The translations under genes were made by a program, and so were the position numbers. Positions 49,379-59,612 of a stretch of 64,000 nucleotides of DNA are shown one piece after another. Origin of the DNA: Desulfatiglandales bacterium (lineage in GTDB: Bacteria > Desulfobacterota > DSM-4660 > Desulfatiglandales > Desulfatiglandaceae); NCBI GenBank assembly GCA_963666345.1, contig OY762721.1, positions 800,001 through 864,000 on the forward strand, read 5' to 3'. Under the pieces are notes generated by a model. It saw only the letters and a list, made by a program, of their open reading frames with translations, was not told the origin of the DNA and searched no databases. The stretch's first letter is position 1. Each line of letters begins with the position of its first letter.

Positions 49379-49685
49379 TTTAAAAAGACCATGCTTACAG
49401 GCTTGGGCCTGGCAGTCATTACCAGAGAAAAGCTTGATGAGTTGACAACGGAACTGATAGAAAAGGGCGAGATAACCGGGAAGAAAGGGAAAAAGCCGGT
49501 CGATGAACTGCTGAAAAAGTCTGAAACAGCAAGAAAAGATCTGGAGAACTGGTTAGAAAAAAATGGTTGCAAAGGTCATGTCAAAAATGAATCTGGCAGG
49601 CAGAGACGATATTTCAAGGCTTGAAGAAAAGATAAGAAAGTTTGAACAGCGAATGTCTTCTGAAAATGATATGGAGGAATCGTGA
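49379..49685 (+). pseudogene. Phasin-like small protein, 5'-clipped and frameshifted
   Basis: KKTMLTGLGLA...ELIEKGEI...LENWLEK, then after A7 (49557-49563) MVAKVMSKMNLAGRDDISRLEEKIRKFE...*; that stop overlaps the patatin GTG (GTGA). Confidence 0.7.
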
Positions 49686-50653
49686 AAAATTGTACCCTGG
49701 ACAGGGAAGATAGATCCACCAATAAGAAAATAGGTTTGGCACTGGGCAGCGGTTCTGCACGCGGGTGGGCTCATATCGGAGTAATCAAAGCCCTGGCTGA
49801 AACGGGCATCAAAATAGATTATGTTGCTGGAACCAGTATCGGCGCAGTGGTGGGGGCTTTCTATGCTTCAGGTAGGATTGCTGCGCTGGAAGATGCTGCG
49901 CTCCAGATCGACTGGAGAAAGATCGTCTTCTTCCTTGATGCTGTGTACCCCAAGTCAGGATTGATTGAGGGGAAAAAGGTTGCTGAATTCATACGAACCA
50001 GCGTAAAAGAGAAAAACATAGAAGATCTTAGCCTCCCATTCTGTGCCGTATCAACAGATCTTGCATCCGGAAACGAAGTAATTATTCGAAATGGAGATAT
50101 TATTGAGGCGGTCAGGGCCAGCATTTCCGTACCGGGTATATTTACTCCGGTCACAAAAGATAACACCATTCTGGTAGACGGTGCATTGATCAATCCTGTA
50201 CCTGTTAGTGTGGTAAGGCAGATGGGAGCTGATCTTGTAATTGCAGTTGATCTCAATCATTATATTGTCGGGAAAAAAGGGATTAGTGGGGACCTTAGCG
50301 CAAATTCAGGCACGTTAGATCCAGGAAAAGGAATCCGGCAGGAACCGGCAAAAAAAAACAGAGCGCTTGATGCTTTGAACAAAAGGCTGGACAGACTTGA
50401 TAACTCTGCTTTGATGAAAATACGACAATGGATGTCAAAGGAACCGGCACTCAACATCTTCGATGTTATAATCAGTTCGATTAATATTATGGAGACCCAG
50501 ATAACCGCTTCAAGATTGAAAACCGACCGCCCGGACATACTAATTCGACCACGATTAGGTCACATCGGATTCATGGAATTCAATAAGGCCGGTGAGGCCA
50601 TTGAAGAAGGTTACAGGGAGGCCCGGACATGCATATCCGAAAAATTGGCATGA
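49682..50653 (+). CDS. Patatin-like phospholipase (RssA/NTE family)
   Basis: LGSGSARG, GTSIG, DGALINPVP. Confidence 0.93.
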   Translation: MKNCTLDREDRSTNKKIGLALGSGSARGWAHIGVIKALAETGIKIDYVAGTSIGAVVGAFYASGRIAALEDAALQIDWRKIVFFLDAVYPKSGLIEGKKVAEFIRTSVKEKNIEDLSLPFCAVSTDLASGNEVIIRNGDIIEAVRASISVPGIFTPVTKDNTILVDGALINPVPVSVVRQMGADLVIAVDLNHYIVGKKGISGDLSANSGTLDPGKGIRQEPAKKNRALDALNKRLDRLDNSALMKIRQWMSKEPALNIFDVIISSINIMETQITASRLKTDRPDILIRPRLGHIGFMEFNKAGEAIEEGYREARTCISEKLA

Positions 50654-52323
50654 TTGGACGAACATATCGTTATATACAGCGCTACCGACAAATCCTTGCC
50701 GTGCTGTTCAAATACGGCTTTGGAGATCTGGTAGATACCCTTCAGATCGAGCAGTATCTGGAGGTCGGTCTTCAGTTAATATCCCGTAAACGAAGGGAAA
50801 AGCTGGAAATATTTACGAGGGCTCAGAGGGTGAGGATGGCATTGGAAGAGCTTGGTCCCACCTTCATCAAGATGGGCCAGATCCTGTCCTCCCGGCCTGA
50901 CCTTCTGCCTGTAGAATTTATCCGGGAGCTGGAAAAACTCCAGGATCATGTTCCGTCTTTTGAGTATTCACAGGTAGAGAAGATAATTGAAACAGAGTTA
51001 GGAATTTCTCTTAACGATGCATTTAGGGACTTCAATGAGATCCCTTTGGCTTCGGCCTCCATCGGCCAGGTCCATAAAGCCAGACTTATTCAAGGCGATA
51101 ATGTGGTGGTGAAGATTCAACGGCCGGAGATCAAAAAAACAGTTGAAGTGGATCTGGAGATCATTCTGCACCTGGCCACACTCATGGAAAAGCATATAAA
51201 GGGCGCGGAAATCCATCAGCCGACTAAAATAGTGCAGGAATTCGCCCAGACACTGGAAAAGGAACTGGACTATACCATAGAGGCGAACCATATGGAACGA
51301 TTTGCCATGCAATTTCTCAAGGATTCCAGTGTGTATGTGCCGAAAACCTACCGGGAGTTCTCAACCAGCCGCATTCTCACTATGGAGTATATTGACGGTA
51401 TCAAAGCTTCAGAAACCGGATTACTTGAGAAGGCGAATCTTGACAGACACAAAATTGCATGTCGAGGTTTTGACCTGATCATGGAGCAGATATTTATCCA
51501 CGGATTTTTCCATGCCGACCCGCATCCCGGAAATATTTTTATTATGCCCAACAATATCATCTGCTATCTGGATTTTGGCATGATGGGCCGCATAGGCCGT
51601 GAGAGCAGGGAGCATTTTACCGACCTTATCATGAGCGCTGTCCGCCGCGATGAAGCGAAAGCCACAGAGGCCCTACTCAGATTCGCAATCGCTGATGAAA
51701 CACCTGACCAAAATGCATTGGAAAGGGACCTCGCCAATTTCATAGACCAGCACCTTTATGGACCTCTAAACAAACTGGACCTTGGCAAGCTGCTGTTCCA
51801 TCTTATGGAGATAATAGCACGGTATCGGCTGAAGATTCAGCCGGATATTTTTTTGATGATCAAAGCCCTCAGTACAGCGGAAGGGCTTGGCAGGATATTG
51901 GATCCCGAATTTGATGCAGTAAAACAGGCAACCCCGTTTATACGGCGCGTACAATCGGAAAGGCTGAATCCGAAACGGTTAGCAACAGATATCTATGATT
52001 CAGCGAGGAACTTACTGTATCTTATCAAGGATATTCCGGAAGAACTGCGTGAAATCTTGATGCAGGCCAGAAAGGGTAAGATAAAAATGGAGTTTCAGCA
52101 CCGAGGTCTGGAGCCGGTGCTGTCCACCCTTGACCGTGCCAGTAACAGGCTTGCCTTTGCCATTGTCCTGGCATCCCTGGTAATAGGTTCATCTCTTATT
52201 GTGTTATCAGACATTCCGCCCAAATGGAATGATATACCGATCATAGGCATTGTGGGTTTTCTGATTGCCGGAATAATGGGCTTCTGGCTTCTTGTGGCAA
52301 CCTTGAAACGTGGAAAAATGTAA
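50629..52323 (+). CDS. ABC1/UbiB-family atypical kinase
   Basis: LGPTFIKMGQ, ASASIGQVH, VVKIQRP, FFHADPHPGN, DFGMMG, two C-terminal TM helices. Confidence 0.93.
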   Translation: MHIRKIGMIGRTYRYIQRYRQILAVLFKYGFGDLVDTLQIEQYLEVGLQLISRKRREKLEIFTRAQRVRMALEELGPTFIKMGQILSSRPDLLPVEFIRELEKLQDHVPSFEYSQVEKIIETELGISLNDAFRDFNEIPLASASIGQVHKARLIQGDNVVVKIQRPEIKKTVEVDLEIILHLATLMEKHIKGAEIHQPTKIVQEFAQTLEKELDYTIEANHMERFAMQFLKDSSVYVPKTYREFSTSRILTMEYIDGIKASETGLLEKANLDRHKIACRGFDLIMEQIFIHGFFHADPHPGNIFIMPNNIICYLDFGMMGRIGRESREHFTDLIMSAVRRDEAKATEALLRFAIADETPDQNALERDLANFIDQHLYGPLNKLDLGKLLFHLMEIIARYRLKIQPDIFLMIKALSTAEGLGRILDPEFDAVKQATPFIRRVQSERLNPKRLATDIYDSARNLLYLIKDIPEELREILMQARKGKIKMEFQHRGLEPVLSTLDRASNRLAFAIVLASLVIGSSLIVLSDIPPKWNDIPIIGIVGFLIAGIMGFWLLVATLKRGKM

Positions 52324-52344
52324 TCAAATATATTTGCAGCTCTT

Positions 52345-52494
52345 TGAGTTTGACTGCCAAACCCGCCTTTGGCTTTTGGCAATATTCTTTGCCAATTCTT
52401 CCTTATTCATATTGAGATATCTGCCCGTTACTATTCTTCGCCTCACCTTTTCAATGATACCACTTACTCCAATGGAATAGGTTTAAGGCTGCAG
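52345..52494. repeat. About 150-bp direct repeat, left copy flanking the MFS gene
   Basis: Matches 53847-53996; 79-bp perfect core 52380-52458 = 53882-53960. Confidence 0.92.
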
Positions 52495-52568
52495 TACCTC
52501 GTTTTAATTCCAAGCAATAATCAAAGACTTCAGCCTTTTAATGGGTGACCCCTTTTACACTTCTTATT

Positions 52569-53801
52569 TCAGCTGGCCTGGTTTTGGCAATCGATCTTCA
52601 TCACGAAGACGACACTTGCCAAAACCAGAGCACTTACGCCGACAAAGATCGGTATGTAGCCGAATGCCTTGAGCAGGAAGCCGGCCGAAATCGGGAAAAC
52701 GGTTGTGAGGATGTTTCCGGCTCCTGAAATGCCTGCATAGGTGGCACGATTGTCATCGGTGGATATCTCCAGCAGAATGCCTTCGATCGCGGTCTTGTAA
52801 GTTGCCATGAAGATCCCGGAAAAAATAAAAATGAAACCGTATAACTTCTGGGAACTTTGAAGCAACAACGCGCCCACGGGTATCGCAGCCGCCAGAGAAA
52901 TGCTTATCAACAGCAAATAGCGGTACTTAAACCGTCTGGAAAACCTGAGCAGGAAAAAACCGGCAGAAAGCATGCCGATGGTTTTGAGCAGCAGGAAATT
53001 ACCAATGAGCGAACCGGACAGTCCGAAGCTTTCTTTGGCCAGATAGATCAAAAACGGAAGCACGCTCAAGCCCAGACCCAGGCTGTTGATCAGGAGCAGA
53101 TAGTATTTCAGGTTTCTGTCGGATTTCACAGCAAGCGGTATCAAGGCCAAAAACTTCAGAAAACTGCTTTTTTGTCCTGCTTTGGTCGGCTTCTCATTCA
53201 GGCGCCAGAACCCCAATGAAGCTGTGAAAAGCAGCGTGCCCGCTAAAACAAACAAAAGTGAGTAGTTGTCGGGAAACTCCAGCAGAACAAGCAACTGCCG
53301 AACCACCACCGCTGAAATGAAAACTCCGATGCTGAATATGATCTGTTTTGCGGAAAGAAAAGCCTTTCGGACCGCTCCGTGGAGGGATTTCCCGACTATA
53401 TCCACATATGAAATATTGGCAAACGCGCCGCTGAAAGAAAACTGGGTGATAAAAACAAAGATGAGTATGATCAGGAGCCCATCAACGAGCAGGCCCGAGA
53501 AATAAAACAACACGGACAATGCGAAAAGCGCAACGATGCGGAGATTGATGCCCAAGAGCAGGAAGTTCTTTTTCCGAGGCCTATGGGAGATGAAGCCTGC
53601 GAAAACCAGTTGCAGAAAAGTGGAGCCGCCCAACATGATCGCAGTCATGAACCCAAGTTGGATCTCTCCGCCGCCTGCGTTGATAAGCATCGCCGGAATT
53701 ATCGTATCCACATCCATGAAGTTGGATGCCAGGGCCAGGAAGGTCGCATGCCACAACAAAGCAAAGAAGTTGGTCGAGGGTCTGTCTTCCGGTGCTGTCA
53801 T
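52569..53801 (-). CDS. MFS transporter
   Basis: 410 aa, about 12 TM helices, NRATYAG motif near the C-terminus. Confidence 0.85.
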   Translation of the reverse strand: MTAPEDRPSTNFFALLWHATFLALASNFMDVDTIIPAMLINAGGGEIQLGFMTAIMLGGSTFLQLVFAGFISHRPRKKNFLLLGINLRIVALFALSVLFYFSGLLVDGLLIILIFVFITQFSFSGAFANISYVDIVGKSLHGAVRKAFLSAKQIIFSIGVFISAVVVRQLLVLLEFPDNYSLLFVLAGTLLFTASLGFWRLNEKPTKAGQKSSFLKFLALIPLAVKSDRNLKYYLLLINSLGLGLSVLPFLIYLAKESFGLSGSLIGNFLLLKTIGMLSAGFFLLRFSRRFKYRYLLLISISLAAAIPVGALLLQSSQKLYGFIFIFSGIFMATYKTAIEGILLEISTDDNRATYAGISGAGNILTTVFPISAGFLLKAFGYIPIFVGVSALVLASVVFVMKIDCQNQAS

Positions 53802-53846
53802 AGATCACCAATGGCTAAGAAAGAATTTTGAGCACCTACCAGGCCG

Positions 53847-54042
53847 TGAGTTTGACGGGAAGGTCCGCCCTTGGCTTTTGCCAATATTCTTTGCCAATTC
53901 TTCCTTATTCATATTGAGATATCTGCCCGTTACTATTCTTCGCCTCACCTTTTCAATGATGCCACTTACTGCACTTTAGTGGGTTTAAGGCTGCAGCGAC
54001 TTATATTGACTTCGAACAATGGTCAACAGCAGGCTTGACCCC
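53847..54042. mobile_element. Putative non-autonomous miniature element (most complete copy)
   Basis: Right end CAATGGTCAACAGCAGGCTTGACCCC; imperfect inverted counterpart GGGAAGGTCCGCCCTTGGCTTTTG at the left; parts repeated at 46.0, 49.3 and 52.4 kb. Confidence 0.6.
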
Positions 54043-54048
54043 TTGCAA

Positions 54049-54714
54049 CTATTGATTACGTTTGAATAGCCGTGGATTGCCTTTAATGAATGCCTGAATC
54101 CACCGTTCAAGAAATGATTGGTCTCTGGCAGTTTTGACGTAGCCGTACCCAAGCACGCTGATTGCCAAAGCTCCAAGAGTATCGACTATTAAGTCCCACA
54201 TTGTGTCGGTCAACCCGGAAGGATCACCGAGCATTTCTTTTTGCATGTTCATGCTGAAAAAGCTATCCATACTAAATTCAAGAACTTCCCACAGGGCGCC
54301 TATTCCAACAGCAAACAAGAAGGCAAAAAATGCAACGAAGCCCGGTTTCATGTGCAGTTCAATGTCTTCAGTTTCGTTTAATACATGTACCAATAGAAAA
54401 CCAACAATCCCGAGTAAAAATCCGGAGCTGGAGTGAAGAGCAATGTCCCACCACCAGAAACGTGTATAGTATCCACGCATTTCACCCAGGAACAGCGATG
54501 CAAAAACAAATGCAATCGAAAGCAGTAAAAACACGGGAGGAATATAGACGTGAAAGAGCTTTCCGAGAAAGAAGGGGCCAAGCGTTACTATAATTATCCC
54601 GGTGGTGGTCACAGCTGCAAGCCACTGATGCTCCCACACGGCAACTCCTACCTCAACAACCAGTATTGCCTGGAGAACAAAGGTCAATCGGCGATGCATC
54701 AAAAATTGTCGCAT
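54049..54714 (-). CDS. Hypothetical membrane protein (DUF2238-like)
   Basis: YTRFWWWDIALH, LWEVLEF, DTMWDLIVD; several TM helices. Confidence 0.75.
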   Translation of the reverse strand: MRQFLMHRRLTFVLQAILVVEVGVAVWEHQWLAAVTTTGIIIVTLGPFFLGKLFHVYIPPVFLLLSIAFVFASLFLGEMRGYYTRFWWWDIALHSSSGFLLGIVGFLLVHVLNETEDIELHMKPGFVAFFAFLFAVGIGALWEVLEFSMDSFFSMNMQKEMLGDPSGLTDTMWDLIVDTLGALAISVLGYGYVKTARDQSFLERWIQAFIKGNPRLFKRNQ

Positions 54715-54971
54715 TTAGACTCCAACCGTTATCGGCCTGCATGAAATTAAAGATCTTGGTTGCTTCCTTGACATCATCATTTAAAAGTCACCCACTGATT
54801 TCAAAGGCTTCATGCCGGAACGTAAGATGTTGCCTTCTGTGTCGTTGAAGCACATCGGCGCCTGAGTTTATGTCTATTACGAGGCTCAATACTTAGCCTG
54901 CACTTTCCCCTGTCAATGCTTCGCTAAACCGGTAAAGGGCAGTGTGCTATGTGCGGGTTGGTGTATAGCCG

Positions 54972-56219
54972 CTATCGTGCCTGACTTTCAAACTTCGTTC
55001 TTGATCGGCCTTGCTTGACCCGGGTTTTTCCCTGGGCATATCCCGCAATTCCTATCAAAAATCGCACCAAACCGTAACAAAGCCAACTCGCCAGCCGCAG
55101 CCTTTTTGTCTGCGCTCTCCAGTTGTTTTTAAATACCTGTCGAGCTCCCATCTTGACGGCCTGCTCCACGCTGTATTTCAATTTTTTGGCAAAATTTGCA
55201 TCGTCAATGATGACATTTGCCTCAAGAGAAAGCAGAAGGCTGAAAGGGTCAAGGTTTGAGGATCCCACCGTGGCCCAATGTTCATCAATCACTGCAACTT
55301 TGGCATGCAGCATGCTCTTGTGGTATTCATGGATCTCAATCCCAGCATCGAGAAAACTGCCGTACAGGGCATGCGAGGCATAATGCAGCAATGGGTGATC
55401 TATCTTTCCCTGCAACAGTAAAACCACCCGGACACCGCGTACGGCTGCATTCACAAGCGCATGACGAAAATTCAACCCGGGAAAAAAGTAGGCGCTTGCA
55501 AGAATGATTTCGAATTGAGCCTGATCCATCGCCTGAAGATAGGCATTTTCGATATCGCGGCGATGGCAGATGTTGTCCCTCAGCAAAAAAGCGGCGCGCA
55601 TATTGCCCTTGGGTTTGATGGAAAGCACGTGTCTCTCTTTTCCCAAAACTAAGCCGGATCGCCATCGGGTCCACGCCACCCGCGACCACACCCTGCGGGC
55701 AGAACGATTAATTTCCGCCACCAGAGGCCCTTCAACCTGTACCGCATAGTCATACCGAATCGATTGTTGGCCGGAAATATCACTGTCATCGATAACATTA
55801 ATGCCGCCCACAAATGCGACCTTCAAGTCCACAACCACGATTTTCCGGTGCAAGCGACGCAACCGCCGGCGTCGTAGAGTCCAAGGCGATATCTTGGGCC
55901 GGAACTTCAGCACCATTACGCCGGCCGCTTCAAGGTAATCGATCATGGTTTTCGGAAAACGATTCGATCCGAAGCCATCGATCAGCATGTGGGTTTTTAC
56001 GCCGCGAAAAGCTGCCCGTCTAAGCGCTTCTACAATACGCTTTCCGGTATTGTCATTTTCGAAAATATAGCTTTCCAGGTAAATTTCGTGCATCGCCCGG
56101 TCCAGCGCCGCTTCCATTGCTGGAAAATATGCTTCACCGTTTTGCAAAAGGGCGATCTGATTGTCTGGGATCATTCGAGTCACAGCACGGTTCCCCTTAA
56201 TCATTAACACTACACTCAT
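54972..56219 (-). CDS. clsB: Cardiolipin synthase ClsB-like (PLD family)
   Basis: Two HKD motifs (HRKIVVVD, HAKVAVID); no N-terminal TM; near a YbhP-like gene; start uncertain. Confidence 0.85.
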   Translation of the reverse strand: MSVVLMIKGNRAVTRMIPDNQIALLQNGEAYFPAMEAALDRAMHEIYLESYIFENDNTGKRIVEALRRAAFRGVKTHMLIDGFGSNRFPKTMIDYLEAAGVMVLKFRPKISPWTLRRRRLRRLHRKIVVVDLKVAFVGGINVIDDSDISGQQSIRYDYAVQVEGPLVAEINRSARRVWSRVAWTRWRSGLVLGKERHVLSIKPKGNMRAAFLLRDNICHRRDIENAYLQAMDQAQFEIILASAYFFPGLNFRHALVNAAVRGVRVVLLLQGKIDHPLLHYASHALYGSFLDAGIEIHEYHKSMLHAKVAVIDEHWATVGSSNLDPFSLLLSLEANVIIDDANFAKKLKYSVEQAVKMGARQVFKNNWRAQTKRLRLASWLCYGLVRFLIGIAGYAQGKTRVKQGRSRTKFESQAR

Positions 56220-56394
56220 AATACTGAAATATTGAAGGATTCAAGCAGACCAAAGATTAGTCTATAGAAATCAAGATGATTCAGAATTGAACCATGCTTA
56301 CCATATTTAATAGTAGTGCAGTTTAAAGGAAAATTTCAAGCAAGATTCCGACAATCGGCTGTTATTGTTGTTGGAATCATTGATGGCATAATGT

Positions 56395-56458
56395 GGACGC
56401 CCCTTAAGTTATAAAATTCATATAAGGTTTCAAACGAAACTTAATTTTAGGGGCGTCC
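56395..56458. repeat. Short element with terminal inverted repeats
   Basis: GGACGCCCCT...AGGGGCGTCC with inner TTAAGTT/AACTTAA. Confidence 0.6.
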
Positions 56459-56601
56459 CGGAAATCCTCTCTCAGGGGTGGGAGAAGGAAGTTTTAGAGA
56501 TACGGTGAGAACAATCGAAAAAACCTGTTTCTCATTTTAACCGCGGTATTTCCTGATAAAAGACCCAACCGATTGGCAACTGGGCATCTTGCCGGGAAGG
56601 C

Positions 56602-57351
56602 TTACGTTTTCACCTTAATATCGGCAATAACCGGTAGATGATCGCTGGCAACTTTGGAGACCCGGAGACGACATCGCCGACCGCCCACGATTTCCAACGC
56701 ACCCCGGCAGAATATTTTATCCAAGCCGCCGCTTGGTGAAAAGGAAGGATAGGTAAGAAAGGATTTCTGATACCCCCAGCCTTGGTTGGTGGCGCATTCA
56801 AATTCCAATATCTCGGTAAAGATGGGCGCCAGGCGCGTCTGCCAGTCATTCAGGTCACCACCTACCAGGCAGGAATCCTGCAAGCCAAGGGCACGGAACT
56901 CGTCGGAACGCACCAGCATGCCGATTTGGCGAGGCCTTTCCTTAAAAGACAACCCAAGATGAAGATTAAAGACCGCGATTTCCGTATGCCCCATATTTTT
57001 TGCCGGCAGCACGATGTCGGTATACAAACAACCCCGGGCCTTACCGGATTCAATGGTTAAATCGATATTCCGTTCGTTAACAATGGGATAGCGGCTCAAG
57101 GTAGCGTTCCCGTACATCCCCTCGCGCAGCTTCACATTAAGCCCCACCGCATGATGTGGATACCCGAGACGGTCTGCCAATTCCTGGGCCAGGTTCAACC
57201 CCCGGGAGCGGGGCACCCCTACATCCACTTCCTGCAGCAGGACGATATCGGCATCATGGTGTGCCAGTATCGTGGCAATGCGTTGCGGACGGAAACAGCG
57301 GTCAAGCCCGATGGCCCGGTGGATATTATATGATAGAACACGTAGATTCAT
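56602..57351 (-). CDS. Endonuclease/exonuclease/phosphatase (YbhP-like)
   Basis: SYNIH, LLQEVD, GNATLS, GDLND, ASDHLP. Confidence 0.92.
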   Translation of the reverse strand: MNLRVLSYNIHRAIGLDRCFRPQRIATILAHHDADIVLLQEVDVGVPRSRGLNLAQELADRLGYPHHAVGLNVKLREGMYGNATLSRYPIVNERNIDLTIESGKARGCLYTDIVLPAKNMGHTEIAVFNLHLGLSFKERPRQIGMLVRSDEFRALGLQDSCLVGGDLNDWQTRLAPIFTEILEFECATNQGWGYQKSFLTYPSFSPSGGLDKIFCRGALEIVGGRRCRLRVSKVASDHLPVIADIKVKT

Positions 57352-57647
57352 GCTTCTCCCTTAAAAGTAAGGCGAAGAAAGTATTCCCCAGCACTTGATT
57401 CTTAATCTTAACTGTTTTGGACAAAATATGAGCTCGAAATATAGAGAGTAATTAACGATTTTACCATATCGAGACAACACAAGCTTAACAATGCTGTGTC
57501 AGTTTAACTTTTAACGGAATTTAAAAAAGATGTGGCATATTGAGAATCCGGAAATAATCCACCTCAAATAAAAATATTATACCAATATCATAGGATATGT
57601 CAAAGCGTGGTACCCTGTCATTACATGGGATAATGAGAGTTACGGGA

Positions 57648-57918
57648 GTCTCCTCCCGCAGAGCGGGAGGCTCCAGGCTATGACGTCTGGAAAGCCCCGT
57701 TGGGGCTTATTCAAGGTTAATCGTCAAGATCCAGCTGGTCTTTTTCAAGCAACTCTTGTTTACGGATGTACTTTCGTATGGTTCCTTCATCCAAACCAAC
57801 TGTGCTTACGCAATATCCTCGGGACCAGAAGTGGAGCCCTTTCACTCTCTTTACCTTCAACACTTCCCGATGGATTCGTACCGCACTTTTTCCTTTCAAA
57901 AAACCTATTGCAAACGCC
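57648..57918 (-). mobile_element. IS200/IS605 TnpA 3' fragment with right-end hairpins
   Basis: AIGFLKGKSAVRI...FWSRGYCVSTVG...IRKYIRKQE* (stop 57717); hairpins AAGCCCCGTTGGGGCTT and CCTCCCGCAGAGCGGGAGG; HUH motif region missing. Confidence 0.85.
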
Positions 57919-58056
57919 GCCTCATATAAGCTGCTTTGCGGTTTAGGATGCGATATCGCACAGGGCTATTTTATAAACCGGCCTGCTCCGGCGCCGGAGT
58001 TTGCTGAATGGTATAAAAAATCTGGTGGGATTTTTAAAACGGAGGATAGAAGCTGA
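57913..58056 (+). pseudogene. C-terminal fragment of an EAL-domain protein
   Basis: LLCGLGCDIAQGYFINRPAPAPEF motif; no start. Confidence 0.72.
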
Positions 58057-58093
58057 TCAAAATTTGTGAACAGGATAATGATCATGGAAGGCT

Positions 58094-58160
58094 ACATAAC
58101 GACATGATAACCACCCTGGCAAGCGCGTTAGCCGGATCTGGTTTATTATTGATGTTGGCT
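58094..58160 (-). other. attC-like integron cassette recombination site
   Basis: Minus strand AGCCAAC-ATCAA-TAATAAACCAGATCCGGC...GCCAGGGTGGTTATCA-TGTC-GTTATGT, 67 bp, overlapping the vapC stop. Confidence 0.72.
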
Positions 58161-58538
58161 TTTTTTAATTTTGGGGAAAAAGTTCACATTCGGTAGATTT
58201 TCAAAATCCGAATCCTGTGTCCAGATGACACATCCATAGGATTGAGCTGTGGATAAAATAATGCTGTCAGCCATAGGGAGACTATATTTTAGACTTATCC
58301 TTGAGGCATTTATGGCAATACTTGTATTGAGGTCTATTACCGATCCTTTCTGCATCGAAGCTACAACTTGTAAGGCTTCATTTTCACCGGTTTCACGTAA
58401 AACTACTTTAAACACTTCGTATATTGTAATTACAGGCACAATTAATGATGACGGATCTTTTAGAGGAACTTCGAATTTATCTGAATTTGGCCCTCCTGAA
58501 AAATATTCAAGCCATCCTGAAGAATCTACTACATTCAT
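58146..58538 (-). CDS. VapC-family PIN toxin
   Basis: VVDSSGWLEY, YEVFK, MADSII, WTQDSDF. Confidence 0.93.
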   Translation of the reverse strand: MNVVDSSGWLEYFSGGPNSDKFEVPLKDPSSLIVPVITIYEVFKVVLRETGENEALQVVASMQKGSVIDLNTSIAINASRISLKYSLPMADSIILSTAQSYGCVIWTQDSDFENLPNVNFFPKIKKSQHQ

Positions 58539-58741
58539 AATCTGTCACCCTCGCGTATAAAATCTGTGTTGATCCCCTTAAGAAATCCCTTTAATTCACA
58601 AATATCTCTATCAGGTATCAGCTCTATTCGTCCATCATACTCTATGACCTTCATTTTTTGGCCAGGGCGAAGCTGTAAAGCATCTCTTATATTTTTGGGT
58701 ATGACAACTTGATATTTAGGTGAAACTGTAACTGTATACAT
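58535..58741 (-). CDS. AbrB/MazE-family antitoxin
   Basis: VTVSPKYQVVIPKNIR...LRPGQK; 4-bp overlap with vapC; GGAGG RBS. Confidence 0.92.
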   Translation of the reverse strand: MYTVTVSPKYQVVIPKNIRDALQLRPGQKMKVIEYDGRIELIPDRDICELKGFLKGINTDFIREGDRL

Positions 58742-58929
58742 GACGGCCTCCCTATCGATACTAGATCGGTATTACAATACCATTATCGACACCATATTGT
58801 CAATATGCAAGCCAACAAAAACCCACCAGCGCTCGGAAAAAATTGAGGGGGGAGTGAAAGATGCGACAAAGGTTGTTACCGGGGAATGTCTAAATAAATT
58901 ATGAGGATAGATAGTATTTTGGTAATTTT

Positions 58930-59610
58930 TTGTCGCATGACTGTTTTCTAACCACATGGCCTTTCCATGATGTCAGCGCCATGCTGGGATTATCCGCATC
59001 GGCCCGTTCCATGATGATTTCCGCTGCGGTTCGCTGGGTGACGGCATAAAGTAATTTGTTCTGGGTTTCGGCAAAAAAACATCTGTGTCGCCTTATCGGT
59101 TTTGTCGTAATCACTGCTTAATGCGAATAGATCACGAACCTTCTGATAAAAGCGTTTTTTAGACGCCCGGATTTCCCGAATGCGCTCCAGCAGTTCATCA
59201 AAATAATCGGGCCTGCCGTCCGGATTTTTCAGGCGTTCGTCATCCATGACAAAACCTTTGACCATATACTCTTTCAGGTGGTGGTTGGCCCAGATCCTGA
59301 ATTGGGTACCCCGTTTGCTTCGCACCCGGAAGCCGATAGCCAGAATCATATCCAAAGCATAGAAGGCAACATCGTATTCCTTGCTGTCAGAGGCAGTTGT
59401 AAAGAAATTCTTTACAACTGAATTTTCTTCCAATTCCTTTTCTTTCAGGATGTTAGCTATATGTTGCCCAATATTTTGCTTGGAGGTGTCAAAAAGTCTC
59501 GCCAGCTGATTTTGGCTCACCCATACCATGCCGTCTTTGGCATAGAGGGACACGGACGCTTTGCCGTCAGCGGTGTTATAGATGATAATATCTTGTCTAT
59601 CATTGTCCAT
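58930..59610 (-). pseudogene. RhuM-family protein, frameshifted and 3'-truncated
   Basis: LAIGFRVRSKRGTQFRIWA, KGFVMDDERLK, KRFYQKVRDLF; frame shifts at A7 59073-59079 into FFAETQNKLLYAVT...LTSWKG, then decays. Confidence 0.85.
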
Positions 59611-59612
59611 GA

